Shown: in pieces, positions 19,886 through 30,411 of the stretch
Numbering within the stretch: the stretch's first letter is position 1
How the letters are laid out: each line of letters starts with the position of its first letter
Source of the DNA: Patescibacteria group bacterium
GTDB lineage: Bacteria; Patescibacteriota; Minisyncoccia; Phycocordibacterales; UBA918
Reading direction: 5' to 3'
DNA: 53,565 nt
Assembly (NCBI GenBank): GCA_038061715.1
Contig: JBBTYP010000004.1
Coordinates: 1-53,565, forward strand
Made by a program: the position numbers and the translations under genes
Notes under the pieces: model-generated
The model's database searches: none
What the model was told of the DNA's origin: nothing
What the model saw: only the letters and a program-made list of their open reading frames with translations

Positions 19886-21121
19886 ATGACCAAAGAGAAA
19901 CTCACCAATAAAAAGCTGCCTGATACACCAGGAGTATATTTCTTTCTGGGTGCTAGGAAGAGAATTCTTTACATTGGAAAGGCGACCTCGCTTAGAAATA
20001 GAGTTCGAAGCTATTTTACCGATGATTTGAAAGAAAAGCGGTCGGAACTTATTGAGAATATGGTAGAGGAATCCCTAACTATTGAATTTACGACTACTGA
20101 CAGTGTGCTGGAAGCACTTATTCTTGAAACTAATCTCATTCGCACCCACAAGCCGCACTACAATACGCGCAGTAAAGACGACAAGAGTTACAACCATCTT
20201 GTCATCACCAATGAAGAGTGGCCTAGAGTGCTAGTTGTTCGAGGCAAGGATTTAACCGAACAGTTTAGCGAAGGGGAGATAAAGTACGAGTTTGGCCCGT
20301 TCCCGAGCGGTCTGTTGTTTAAAGAAGCGTTAAAGATCATTCGTAAATTGTTTCAATTTTACGATACAAAGCAGGCGGTGGGTAATGAAAAAACTAAGTT
20401 ATCCCGCGGGAAAATTGATTTTAATCGTCAAATTGGACTTTATCCATCAGCTAACAACAAAGAAGAATACCTTCGCACAATCAACCACATTAAACTCTTT
20501 TTCGAGGGTGAAAAACAACAAATCATTAAAGAGTTAAAAAAGGAAATGTATCAGTTCGCAAAAACTGAAAAGTTTGAAGAAGCTAACATAATTAAAAAAC
20601 GGATTTTCGCACTGACTCACATTCAAGACATCGCACTTATCAAAAATGATTCAAAAATCTACCGCGATGAAAAGAGAGTCCGAATAGAGGCTTATGATAT
20701 TGCTCACATGAACGGAAATGACATGGTAGGAGTGATGACAGTTTTTGAAAGTGGGGAACCAATGAAAAGCGAATATCGAAAATTTAAAATTAAAAGTTTA
20801 AGTGATGCAAATGACCCGGCCGCATTAAAAGAGATAATCCATCGTCGCTTGCAGCATGATGACTGGCCACTGCCACAGATAATTGTGGTTGATGGTGCAA
20901 CGGCTCAAAAAAATGCGGCCGAGACCGTCTTGAAAGCCAATAACGTAGTTATACCTGTAATTGCGGTGGTTAAAGATGAACGTCACAAACCAGTTAGACT
21001 CATCGGCCAAGCTCATATTTTAAAGCGGTATAAGGAAGCAATCCTTCATGCTAATGCCGAGTCGCACCGTTTTGCCGTCACCTATCATCGCAAAAAGCGT
21101 GACAAAATTCCCCGCGAATAA
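19886..21121 (+). CDS. uvrC: Excinuclease ABC subunit C, short form lacking the C-terminal (HhH)2 domain
   Basis: 411 aa. GIY-YIG (PGVYFF...ILYIGKATSLRNRVRSYF), UVR motif (FEEANIIKKRIFAL), 5-prime-incision domain (IEAYDIAHMNG...VVDGATAQ...ESHRFAV). The ORF ends right after that domain. Confidence 0.9.
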   Translation: MTKEKLTNKKLPDTPGVYFFLGARKRILYIGKATSLRNRVRSYFTDDLKEKRSELIENMVEESLTIEFTTTDSVLEALILETNLIRTHKPHYNTRSKDDKSYNHLVITNEEWPRVLVVRGKDLTEQFSEGEIKYEFGPFPSGLLFKEALKIIRKLFQFYDTKQAVGNEKTKLSRGKIDFNRQIGLYPSANNKEEYLRTINHIKLFFEGEKQQIIKELKKEMYQFAKTEKFEEANIIKKRIFALTHIQDIALIKNDSKIYRDEKRVRIEAYDIAHMNGNDMVGVMTVFESGEPMKSEYRKFKIKSLSDANDPAALKEIIHRRLQHDDWPLPQIIVVDGATAQKNAAETVLKANNVVIPVIAVVKDERHKPVRLIGQAHILKRYKEAILHANAESHRFAVTYHRKKRDKIPRE

Positions 21122-21135
21122 CAGTCACTTTGTCA

Positions 21136-21144
21136 TGTTATAAT
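21136..21144 (+). promoter_or_regulatory. Extended -10 element TGtTATAAT, 6 nt upstream of the ddl ATG
   Basis: TGTTATAAT then TAAAAT then ATG (21151). No SD. Confidence 0.4.
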
Positions 21145-21150
21145 TAAAAT

Positions 21151-22113
21151 ATGAAAAGAGTTGCCGTCCTAAGAGGTGGACCCAGTTCAGAATATGATGT
21201 GTCCTTAAAGTCGGGCACTGCCGTTTTAAATGCGCTCCGCAGACTTGAGTATCCGCACAAAGACATTACTATTACAAAAAACGGCGATTGGTTGGAGTCG
21301 GGCATTGTGCGTAGCCCCGAAAATGCCTTAAGCGCAATCGATGTGGTTTTTGTTGCTCTACACGGCGAATATGGTGAAGATGGTCAAGTGCAGCGCATAT
21401 TGCAACGCTTAAAAATTCCCTTTACCGGAAGCAACTCTTTTTCCTCAGCTATCGCTTTTAATAAAGAATTAACTAAAGATACGCTTAAAGACCAAGGAAT
21501 AAGAATGGCTAAACACCGAAAAGTTGACCGCAGTAGCCGCCGTAACCTTCAAACAGAGATCGATTATATTGCTAGCACGATGGAAGGTGAGTTGTTTGTA
21601 AAACCTTTAGCTAGCGGTTCTTCTATCGGTGCTCGCTACGTCAGTGCTCACAGCCAGTTAGCTGCCGTACTGAGTGAACTATTAGAGACTTACGAGACAG
21701 TTATGGTGGAGGAATTTATTCGAGGCAAAGAAGCCACAGTAGGCGTGCTGGAGAATTTTCGAAACCAAAGTATCTACGCCCTGCCTCCAATTGAAATTGT
21801 GCCACCTAGCGGCCAGCCCTTTTTCTCAAATGAAGTTAAGTACAATGGTGCGACTGAAGAAATTGTCCCCGGACGCTTTTCCTACGCAGAAAAAGTAGCT
21901 TTAGCCGATGCAGCAGTTCGTGCTCATAAGGCCCTGCACTGTGACCACTACTCTCGTAGTGATTTTATCGTAAAGAACGGGGAAGTCTACTTTCTTGAAA
22001 TCAACACCCTCCCTGGCTTGACTGACGAGTCACTTTTACCCAAGGCGGCAGCTGCCGTTGGGCTTACTTTCGAGGAGTTAGTACGTCATCTGGTAGAAAC
22101 TTCAAAAGTATAA
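21151..22113 (+). CDS. ddl: D-alanine--D-alanine ligase
   Basis: 320 aa. ALHGEYGEDGQVQRILQRLKIPFTGS and ATP-grasp C-terminal motif FLEINTLPGLT. Confidence 0.93.
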   Translation: MKRVAVLRGGPSSEYDVSLKSGTAVLNALRRLEYPHKDITITKNGDWLESGIVRSPENALSAIDVVFVALHGEYGEDGQVQRILQRLKIPFTGSNSFSSAIAFNKELTKDTLKDQGIRMAKHRKVDRSSRRNLQTEIDYIASTMEGELFVKPLASGSSIGARYVSAHSQLAAVLSELLETYETVMVEEFIRGKEATVGVLENFRNQSIYALPPIEIVPPSGQPFFSNEVKYNGATEEIVPGRFSYAEKVALADAAVRAHKALHCDHYSRSDFIVKNGEVYFLEINTLPGLTDESLLPKAAAAVGLTFEELVRHLVETSKV

Positions 22114-22115
22114 GA

Positions 22116-22143
22116 AAAGCCAGATACTTGTGTATCTGGCTTT
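22116..22143. terminator. Bidirectional terminator hairpin shared by ddl (+) and tRNA-Ala (-)
   Basis: 12-bp stem AAAGCCAGATAC / GTATCTGGCTTT with loop TTGT. T-rich tracts follow on both strands. Confidence 0.75.
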
Positions 22144-22151
22144 CCTCTTTG

Positions 22152-22224
22152 TGGACCCGAGAAGATTCGAACTCCCTGCCTCCTCAGTGCAAATGAGGCG
22201 CTCTACCAAGTGAGCTACGGGCCC
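22152..22224 (-). tRNA. tRNA-Ala: tRNA-Ala (anticodon UGC), CCA not encoded
   Basis: The reverse complement is GGGCCCGTAGCTCACTTGGTAGAGCGCCTCATTTGCACTGAGGAGGCAGGGAGTTCGAATCTTCTCGGGTCCA. It folds as a cloverleaf with anticodon loop TTTGCAC, the G3:U70 alanine identity pair and T-loop TTCGAAT. Confidence 0.93.
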
Positions 22225-22339
22225 AGTGAGATGGGAAGTGGAAGTGCTTGCACTTACATTTGTCCATCGAGCTGGGCCAGAAAGCTTTTGCTTACGGGAC
22301 CAACATGTTCTGGGCACTTAGGAAGTCCTAAGTGGCACT

Positions 22340-22368
22340 ATACTACCGACCTACGAATATGATGTCAA
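22340..22368 (-). promoter_or_regulatory. Sigma70-type promoter (TTGACA-17-TAGTAT) about 110 nt upstream of tRNA-Ala(UGC)
   Basis: On the minus strand, a perfect -35 TTGACA at 22368-22363, a 17-nt spacer, and TAGTAT at 22345-22340. Confidence 0.45.
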
Positions 22369-22495
22369 GCGTTATTTACTTATATTTTGTTGGCAAACAG
22401 TCTTATTGAAATAACGAGATTAGTGGGTCGTAATAGACTATAGACTGATACGTCCTATCTATACCGTAGCTAATTCATACATTGTAACTACCACC

Positions 22496-23257
22496 ATGAA
22501 ATATAAGAATAAAATTATTGTTGGACTAATCATACTAGTCATTGCAGTAGCCGCCCTTTATTTTAAAGAGCAGCTAATTCCAAATAGCTGGATGAATAAA
22601 GAATCAATAAAACCTGCAACACCACGCACTGTTACAATGAAATTCTTTAATCAATGGCTGGAAGAACGAAAAAGTACCACCACGACTCCATATGAGTCTG
22701 GGCTTTTACAAAGTACAGTTCTTACCGATGAAGTACGGTTGCAGATTGAGAGAGCACATGCAAATCGAGTGAGAGGAGACGTTGATCCAGTACTTTGTTT
22801 GCCTAAAATACCAAATCGAATTGATGGCGAAGATATTTCAATAAGTGACAACAAAGCTGTCGTTCTTGTAAAACCAAGAGATAAAAGTATCACCACTGAA
22901 CATCAGGCTGTGGTGAGTTTGACGCTAGTTGGTGATCAGTGGCTTATAACCAAACTTGACTGTATGGTTGGGGAGATGATGGCAGAAAAAGAATTTGATT
23001 TTGAAAAATCTGGCGTTTTGCTTAAAAACAGTATCGAAGCGCCATACAGTAAAGAAAATTGGCATTTAGTGTACGAGCAAGAGACAGAAGCCGGGTATGT
23101 TGTACCACTCACATTTAATACAGAAAGTATTTGTGTCAGTACAGACTCAAAAGAATCTGTCTGTGATACAAATACACTGACAGAGACTACAAAAGTGTTT
23201 ATCCAAGCAGGTATGACTGAAACAGGTGCTGTTGTAAAGCGAATGACGTTTGAGTAG
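22496..23257 (+). CDS. Hypothetical membrane-anchored protein
   Basis: 253 aa. N-terminal TM IIVGLIILVIAVAALYF. No recognised catalytic motif. Confidence 0.6.
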   Translation: MKYKNKIIVGLIILVIAVAALYFKEQLIPNSWMNKESIKPATPRTVTMKFFNQWLEERKSTTTTPYESGLLQSTVLTDEVRLQIERAHANRVRGDVDPVLCLPKIPNRIDGEDISISDNKAVVLVKPRDKSITTEHQAVVSLTLVGDQWLITKLDCMVGEMMAEKEFDFEKSGVLLKNSIEAPYSKENWHLVYEQETEAGYVVPLTFNTESICVSTDSKESVCDTNTLTETTKVFIQAGMTETGAVVKRMTFE

Positions 23258-23380
23258 AGTAAAAGACAATCTTGGGTATTAGTCCGTATTAATTCACAAA
23301 TGAGAATGCAAAGTCCTTTGCCACCACAGCAGCCAAAATAACCTTGCAATAGTATAAAAATTGTGACATAGTTGCAAATA

Positions 23381-24073
23381 ATGAATAACTTTAAATCAGG
23401 CGGGCCGGGAGGTCAGCGAAACCGACCAGAGTTTATGGGTGGCCGACCTAAGTCAGACGCCAACTACGGACCGAAAAAAAGCTTTGATAAAAAGCCATTT
23501 GGCAGTGATAGAGGAGGTAGTCGTGGTGGATTTGGTGGCGACAGAGGTGGACGAAGTGGAGACCGTGGTGGATTTGGTAGTTCACGCGATGGCGACCGTC
23601 GACCAACAGTGATGCACAAGGCAATTTGTTCTACTTGTAGCAAACCTTGTGAAGTACCATTCCGACCTGATGGTTCGAAGCCAGTCCTGTGTAGTGAATG
23701 TTTTGGAAAGAATCGGTCAGATGACCGTAATGGTGTTGAGCGGCGAGATCGGTTCTCAAACGATCGACCAAAGCGTGACTTTGATGCTCCACGTAAGGAA
23801 TCAACTCATAGTCACGACTTTACGGCTATGCAAAAACAGGTAACAGCGCTTGAAGCCAAAGTAGATGAAATTCTAGCTCTCATGAAGGGCACACCAGCAA
23901 ACACTAAGAAAGCAGCCAAGTCCGTGCCAGCAAAGGATGAAGTTATTACTGTTGTCTCTGATATCAAAAAGGCTCCGAAAAAGACAACTGCTCCAGTAGC
24001 AAAGAAGGCTGTTGCAAAAAAAATTCCAGTCAAAAAAGCAGCCCCAAAGAAAGTTACTAAGAAAAAGAAGTAG
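23381..24073 (+). CDS. RGG-rich / CxxC-x17-CxxC zinc-ribbon / Lys-Ala-Pro-rich tail protein (probable nucleic-acid binding)
   Basis: ATG 23381 is preferred over TTG 23372. RGG/RG repeats GGSRGGFGGDRGGRSGDRGGFGSSRDGDRR. Zinc ribbon CSTC-x17-CSEC. Predicted coiled coil QKQVTALEAKVDEILALM. Histone-H1-like tail KKAPKKTTAPVAKKAVAKKIPVKKAAPKKVTKKKK. Confidence 0.75.
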   Translation: MNNFKSGGPGGQRNRPEFMGGRPKSDANYGPKKSFDKKPFGSDRGGSRGGFGGDRGGRSGDRGGFGSSRDGDRRPTVMHKAICSTCSKPCEVPFRPDGSKPVLCSECFGKNRSDDRNGVERRDRFSNDRPKRDFDAPRKESTHSHDFTAMQKQVTALEAKVDEILALMKGTPANTKKAAKSVPAKDEVITVVSDIKKAPKKTTAPVAKKAVAKKIPVKKAAPKKVTKKKK

Positions 24074-24124
24074 ACGTTAGAAAAAGTCAGCGCTCTCGCG
24101 CCGATTTTCTCAATAAATGAAATA

Positions 24125-24159
24125 AAATCCCCAGGAAAACTTTGATTTCTAGGGGTTTT
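24125..24159 (+). terminator. Probable terminator hairpin
   Basis: CCCC (24129-24132) pairs with GGGG (24152-24155), with an inner GGAAA/TTTCT helix, followed by TTTTA. Confidence 0.5.
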
Positions 24160-24160
24160 A

Positions 24161-24169
24161 TGCTAATAT
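24161..24169 (+). promoter_or_regulatory. Candidate atp operon promoter, extended -10 TGcTAATAT
   Basis: TGCTAATAT lies directly after the upstream terminator and ~55 nt before the atpB ATG. Confidence 0.35.
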
Positions 24170-24226
24170 ACCGGCGCAAACGCAAGGTTTAGAGGCCAAA
24201 ATCTCCTTCCAAGCGGATGGATATTC

Positions 24227-25012
24227 ATGAGTTTCATTAATACTGTATACGCAGCCGCAGAGAGTCACGAAGCCAAAGAGGGCATCTCTGTTCACTTGAA
24301 TCCCTATATCGTGGGCCATATTGGCGACATGCCTATTACCGCCACACTCATAACCGTCTGGATTGTGATGGTGCTCCTTACCGTTCTTGCCTTTGTAATC
24401 CGCAAAAATCTTTCACTCGTCCCTGGTAAGCTACAAAGTGTCGCTGAAACTATTATTGGAGGTGGTTATGACTATGTACATGAAGTTTTGGGAGATAAGA
24501 AAATAACGGACAAATATTTTCCTATTATCGCGACTATTTTTATCTTTATCTTAGGAATCAACTGGGTTGGATTGATCCCGGGTGTGGGTGCGATTGGTTC
24601 ATACCATGACGGACACTTGGTACCGTGGCTATACCCAGGAGCCACCGATCTTAATATCACTATTGGTTTGACACTGGTGGCCTTCTTCACGATTGAGATA
24701 GCTGGAGTATTAGCAATGGGTTTCTGGAAATACGCTGGTAAATTTATAAATTTCAAGTCGCCAATGGCCTTTCTGCTTGGATTAATGGAACTAATTAGTG
24801 AATTGGCTCGTCTAATCGCTTTCTCCTTCCGTCTCTTTGGAAACATTTTCGCTGGAAAAACACTACTCTTGGTGGGAATGTTTTTTGTGCCTTACCTTTT
24901 GCCAGTGCCGATTTATGCCTACGAACTATTTGTTGGTTTGATCCAGGCATTAGTGTTTGCGATTTTGACCTTGTTCTTTATTAAATTGGCGATCGAGGAA
25001 CCCCACCATTAG
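24227..25012 (+). CDS. atpB: F0F1 ATP synthase subunit a
   Basis: 261 aa polytopic protein with the essential-Arg motif FSFRLFGNIFAG. Confidence 0.93.
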   Translation: MSFINTVYAAAESHEAKEGISVHLNPYIVGHIGDMPITATLITVWIVMVLLTVLAFVIRKNLSLVPGKLQSVAETIIGGGYDYVHEVLGDKKITDKYFPIIATIFIFILGINWVGLIPGVGAIGSYHDGHLVPWLYPGATDLNITIGLTLVAFFTIEIAGVLAMGFWKYAGKFINFKSPMAFLLGLMELISELARLIAFSFRLFGNIFAGKTLLLVGMFFVPYLLPVPIYAYELFVGLIQALVFAILTLFFIKLAIEEPHH

Positions 25013-25160
25013 ACAGTAGTGGCCAAGAACGAGTCCGCAGACTGTTGACTCGCTTTGTCCAATACTGAATGAGAAAAGGAGCGCAAGCGACTATTTCGAA
25101 TTTACGCCTCAATTCATGGCTTTAGCCCGCCCTGAATTGCTAGACGACAAACTTACTAAA

Positions 25161-25431
<271 letters not shown>

Positions 25432-25463
25432 GAAACTGCCAGATATGCCGCATCTGCGTTGTT

Positions 25464-25524
25464 GCGCTGCATAAATTTTCATTCAATGTACATAAAGCAC
25501 ACCTCATGAAAATTTATTTGCGCG
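25464..25524 (+). other. Long AT-rich hairpin in the atpE-atpF spacer
   Basis: A perfect 12-bp inverted repeat ATAAATTTTCAT (25471-25482) / ATGAAAATTTAT (25506-25517). It is extended by GCGC (25464-25467) / GCGC (25520-25523). Confidence 0.6.
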
Positions 25525-25646
25525 ATCGCGCCCCTTCGGCAGAGCCGTTGGAAGTACCCTCGGGGTGCATCTGTGACATCCTGACGATTTCACAAAGAAA
25601 ACCACTTCTCACTTTACTAACTTTCGATTTTTAACTCGTTCACCCT

Positions 25647-26096
25647 ATGGAGCAACTCATTGAAGCATTTGGTATCGATACTCGCCTAATCTTTCTGCAG
25701 GTTTTTAACTTCGGACTCTTGCTGGTAGTTTTGACGTACTTTTTGTACAAACCGGTACTTAAAGTGCTTAAAGAGCGTGAGGAAAAAATTACTCAAGGGA
25801 TAAAGGATGCGGAAGAAGCTGGTAAGGCAAAAGCTGAAGCGGCTGAAGAGAAAAAAGCTGTTATCTCCGCTGCCAACAAAGACGCTGAAGCCATGACCGT
25901 ACGTGCAACTGAGCACGCTAAAGGGAAGGCTGAACAAATCGTGTCTAATGCTCAAATGAAGGCAGAACAAGTCATCAGAGATGCTGGTGAACGTGGTGGT
26001 GAAATGAAGGCTCAAGCTCTGAAAGAAAGTGAGGCGGAAATCGCCAAGTTAGCCGTACTGGCCGCAGAGAAAATTCTAAAGAAAAACGCCTCATAG
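25647..26096 (+). CDS. atpF: F0F1 ATP synthase subunit b
   Basis: 149 aa. N-terminal TM FLQVFNFGLLLVVLTYFLY, then a long charged helix rich in A/E/K. Position in the operon. Confidence 0.88.
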   Translation: MEQLIEAFGIDTRLIFLQVFNFGLLLVVLTYFLYKPVLKVLKEREEKITQGIKDAEEAGKAKAEAAEEKKAVISAANKDAEAMTVRATEHAKGKAEQIVSNAQMKAEQVIRDAGERGGEMKAQALKESEAEIAKLAVLAAEKILKKNAS

Positions 26097-26099
26097 TTT

Positions 26100-26489
26100 A
26101 TGAAAACACAATACGTACAAGCATTTTTGAAAACTCTAGCCGCTGGCACAACGATTGACGCTGCGCTTAGTGGTCTTAGGGCTGTACTAAAGAGCCGTAA
26201 ACATGAAAAGTTACTGACATCAATTTTGCTTGAGACACTTCGCATTTTAGAAGCCCAAAGTGGGGCTCAAGAAGCGATAGTAAAAACTGTTTCAAGGGCA
26301 GAAGCGACCACTTTAGCCGCCGAAATAAAAGTTGTGCTAGCACAGCTCGGCGTGAGCAAGGGCACGACGGTCAACTATCAGGTTGACGAAACCCTTGTCG
26401 GTGGCTTCGTTGCTACCTTTGATTACAAAGAACATGATCAGAGCTACAAAAAATCACTACACACATTATACGAGTCAATTGTTAAATAA
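26100..26489 (+). CDS. atpH: F0F1 ATP synthase subunit delta (short, 129 aa)
   Basis: Operon position between b and alpha. C-terminal OSCP-like motif ETLVGGFVATFDYKEHDQSYKKSL. Confidence 0.75.
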   Translation: MKTQYVQAFLKTLAAGTTIDAALSGLRAVLKSRKHEKLLTSILLETLRILEAQSGAQEAIVKTVSRAEATTLAAEIKVVLAQLGVSKGTTVNYQVDETLVGGFVATFDYKEHDQSYKKSLHTLYESIVK

Positions 26490-26498
26490 TTATTAAGT

Positions 26499-28049
26499 AT
26501 GAGTACAGAAATCATTGAGCGAATTAAGAAAGAAATTGCATCACTAGGTAGTGCAGCAACTACAACTGAAATTGGTATCGTCACCAACGTCGGAGATGGT
26601 ATCGCGACTATCGATGGACTCCGCTCGGCCCAGATGATGGAAATGATGGTATTTTCTGCCGCGAAGGGAGCTTCACTTGAAGCGCTCCTAGGTGCGGCGG
26701 ACACGCTCTATGGACTCGTACTTAACCTTGAAGAAGACTCGGTCAAGGTAGTGATTTTGGGTAATGCCGACAAGGTAGCTGAAGGCATGAAGGTGTACCG
26801 CACCAAGAAGCTACTCTCAATTCCAGTGTCGGAAGATATCACTGGTCGGGTGGTAAACGCACTCGGTGAAGCTATCGACGGCAAAGCGCCGATAGTGGGG
26901 AAAAGAGACATGCCGATTGAACGGGTAGCCTACGGCGTGATGGATCGTTCGGGGGTGAATGAACCAGTCCACACTGGTATCAAGGCTATCGACTCGATGA
27001 TTCCAATTGGTCGTGGCCAACGCGAGCTCATCATTGGTGACCGCCAAACTGGTAAAACTACCATTGCTATCGATACCATCATCAACCAAAAGTACGAACC
27101 GAAAGAAACCAGGCCTCTTTGTATTTATGTCGCAATTGGACAAAAGCGATCAAAAACCGCCAGTATCATGCAGAAGTTGCAAGACGCCGGTGCAATGGAG
27201 TACACCACTATTGTGGCTACTTCAGCCTCAGAAGCTTCACCACTACTATTCCTTGCACCGTTTGCTGGGATGGCGATTGGTGAATACTTCATGGAGCAAG
27301 GCAAAGATGTACTCATCATTCTTGATGACTTGAGTAAGCATGCTAATGCCTACCGACAAATGTCATTGCTTCTGCGCCGACCACCAGGACGCGAAGCGTA
27401 CCCAGGAGATATCTTCTACCTTCACTCTCGTTTACTTGAACGGTCTGCCAAGCTTTCAAAAGAACTTGGTGGTGGCTCAATCACAGCCCTTCCGATTATT
27501 GAAACACAAGAAGGAGACGTGTCTGCCTACATTCCAACTAACGTGATTTCCATCACTGACGGACAGATCTTTCTCGAAACCGACCTTTTCAACAAAGGAA
27601 TTCGTCCTGCGCTTAATGTTGGTATTTCGGTATCCCGCGTCGGTTCTTCAGCGCAGACCAAAGCCATGAAAAAAGTAGCCGGAAAGATTCGTCTCGAGCT
27701 CGCGCAGTTCCGTGAACTAGAAGCTTTTATGCAGTTTGCCTCAGACCTTGATGAAGACACCAAAGCTCGAATCGAATCAGGTCGTCGCTATGTAGAACTT
27801 CTCAAGCAGCCACAAAACAACCCAATGCCTTTCTACAAGCAGGTAGTGTCTATCTACGCTGCGAACGCTGGGATGTTCAATCTCGTGCCAGTAAGCGATG
27901 TCCGAAAGACCGAAGATTCATTCCTATCCTTTATTGAACGTGACCGCAAAGACATCTTCGATACCATCGAAACTGGGCGTGAGCTCACTGACGAAGTGGT
28001 AGAGAAAATCAACCTAGCCATCGAAGACTTCAAAGTAACTCTTGCGTAA
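26499..28049 (+). CDS. atpA: F0F1 ATP synthase subunit alpha
   Basis: 516 aa. Walker [14 protein letters not shown]. Also ILDDLSKHA and [20 protein letters not shown]. Confidence 0.97.
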   Translation: MSTEIIERIKKEIASLGSAATTTEIGIVTNVGDGIATIDGLRSAQMMEMMVFSAAKGASLEALLGAADTLYGLVLNLEEDSVKVVILGNADKVAEGMKVYRTKKLLSIPVSEDITGRVVNALGEAIDGKAPIVGKRDMPIERVAYGVMDRSGVNEPVHTGIKAIDSMIPIGRGQRELIIGDRQTGKTTIAIDTIINQKYEPKETRPLCIYVAIGQKRSKTASIMQKLQDAGAMEYTTIVATSASEASPLLFLAPFAGMAIGEYFMEQGKDVLIILDDLSKHANAYRQMSLLLRRPPGREAYPGDIFYLHSRLLERSAKLSKELGGGSITALPIIETQEGDVSAYIPTNVISITDGQIFLETDLFNKGIRPALNVGISVSRVGSSAQTKAMKKVAGKIRLELAQFRELEAFMQFASDLDEDTKARIESGRRYVELLKQPQNNPMPFYKQVVSIYAANAGMFNLVPVSDVRKTEDSFLSFIERDRKDIFDTIETGRELTDEVVEKINLAIEDFKVTLA

Positions 28050-28057
28050 TCCATACC

Positions 28058-28960
28058 ATGGCGCTCAAACAAATTAAAAACAAAATAATCGCTACCAAGA
28101 AAACCGGCCAGGTCACCAAGGCGATGGAGTCGGTTTCGGCGGTGAAAATGCGTAAGAGCCAGGAGCGAGCATTTCTTGGACGTCCATATGTGCACGCAGC
28201 GTTGCGCATACTAGGTCGCCTCGCTAAAGCCGATCACGGTATGAAGCATCCGCTTACAACTGTGCGAACTGAAGGCAGCACTCTGGCTGTGATTGTAACA
28301 AGCGATAAAGGTCTCGCTGGAAGCGTGAACAGTGCTGTACTTAAGCAAGCAGAAGTTATATTCCGCGAAAATGGAATAACGGATGTGGTGGCGGTTGGTC
28401 GCAAGGCGGTCGAGTTTACCGTTCGTGAAAAGAAAACTCTTTTAGCTTCATACACAAATATTAGCGACGGTGTCACTGTCGAAGATGTTTACGATATGTC
28501 TAGTAAAGCTCTTGAAGCTTTTGCTACAGGTAATTACAAGAAGGTTGTGGTGATTTACCAAAACTTTATTTCCACGTTCGAGCAAATACCAGTAGTTCGA
28601 CAAGTACTACCAGTAGTTGCTGATGAAATAAACGACTTAATGCGTGGCATCAAACCAAAAACTGGAAAGTTCAGTAGTGACCGTGCAGAAGCTGATGTTT
28701 TTGCTCCATATAAAGTCGAACCATCTCCGGAAGAAGTTTTAAGTACACTTTTACCGCAGCTCGTACAAATAATGTTTTATCACGCACTGCTTGAAAGTAA
28801 GGCTAGCGAGCACTCGGCTCGTATGGTGGCGATGAAGAACGCTACAGACAAATCAAAAGAAATGATTAAAGCTCTTACTATTAAGTTTAACAACCAGCGT
28901 CAGGCGGCTATTACCGCCGAGGTGTCAGAGATTACCGCTGGTGTAGAATCTATGAAATAG
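28058..28960 (+). CDS. atpG: F0F1 ATP synthase subunit gamma
   Basis: 300 aa. N-terminal IKNKIIATKKTGQVTKAMESVSAVKMRK and C-terminal NQRQAAITAEVSEITAGVES helices. Confidence 0.95.
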   Translation: MALKQIKNKIIATKKTGQVTKAMESVSAVKMRKSQERAFLGRPYVHAALRILGRLAKADHGMKHPLTTVRTEGSTLAVIVTSDKGLAGSVNSAVLKQAEVIFRENGITDVVAVGRKAVEFTVREKKTLLASYTNISDGVTVEDVYDMSSKALEAFATGNYKKVVVIYQNFISTFEQIPVVRQVLPVVADEINDLMRGIKPKTGKFSSDRAEADVFAPYKVEPSPEEVLSTLLPQLVQIMFYHALLESKASEHSARMVAMKNATDKSKEMIKALTIKFNNQRQAAITAEVSEITAGVESMK

Positions 28961-29083
28961 AAACTTGCGATACGACCCCATATGCTTTGTCGGAAAAAAT
29001 TTTTTGTCAGTCACGGAACGATATGTACCGCTTCCTCCAAAACATTTCCTCCTTCGCGCCTCTGGGGCCGTCTCACAAGTTTC
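28960..29083 (+). other. Long-range imperfect inverted repeat enclosing most of the atpG-atpD spacer
   Basis: GAAACTTGCGATACGACCCCA (28960-28980) pairs with TGGGGCCGTCTCACAAGTTTC (29063-29083) at 18 of 21 positions. Confidence 0.5.
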
Positions 29084-29091
29084 TGAGATAA

Positions 29092-30411
<1,320 letters not shown>

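Noticed and set aside
22102-22317. 71-aa minus-strand ORF.
   Set aside because: It runs straight through tRNA-Ala(UGC) and the terminator hairpin, so it is an artefact of the tRNA region.
22225-22335. SRP (4.5S) RNA, tmRNA or 6S RNA in the tRNA-Ala(UGC) leader.
   Set aside because: There is no GGAA/GNRA-capped helix-8-like motif with the flanking AGCAGCC-type conserved bases, and no end-to-end long hairpin. There is also no tRNA-like 3-prime domain with a tag ORF. The size is also wrong for 6S RNA.
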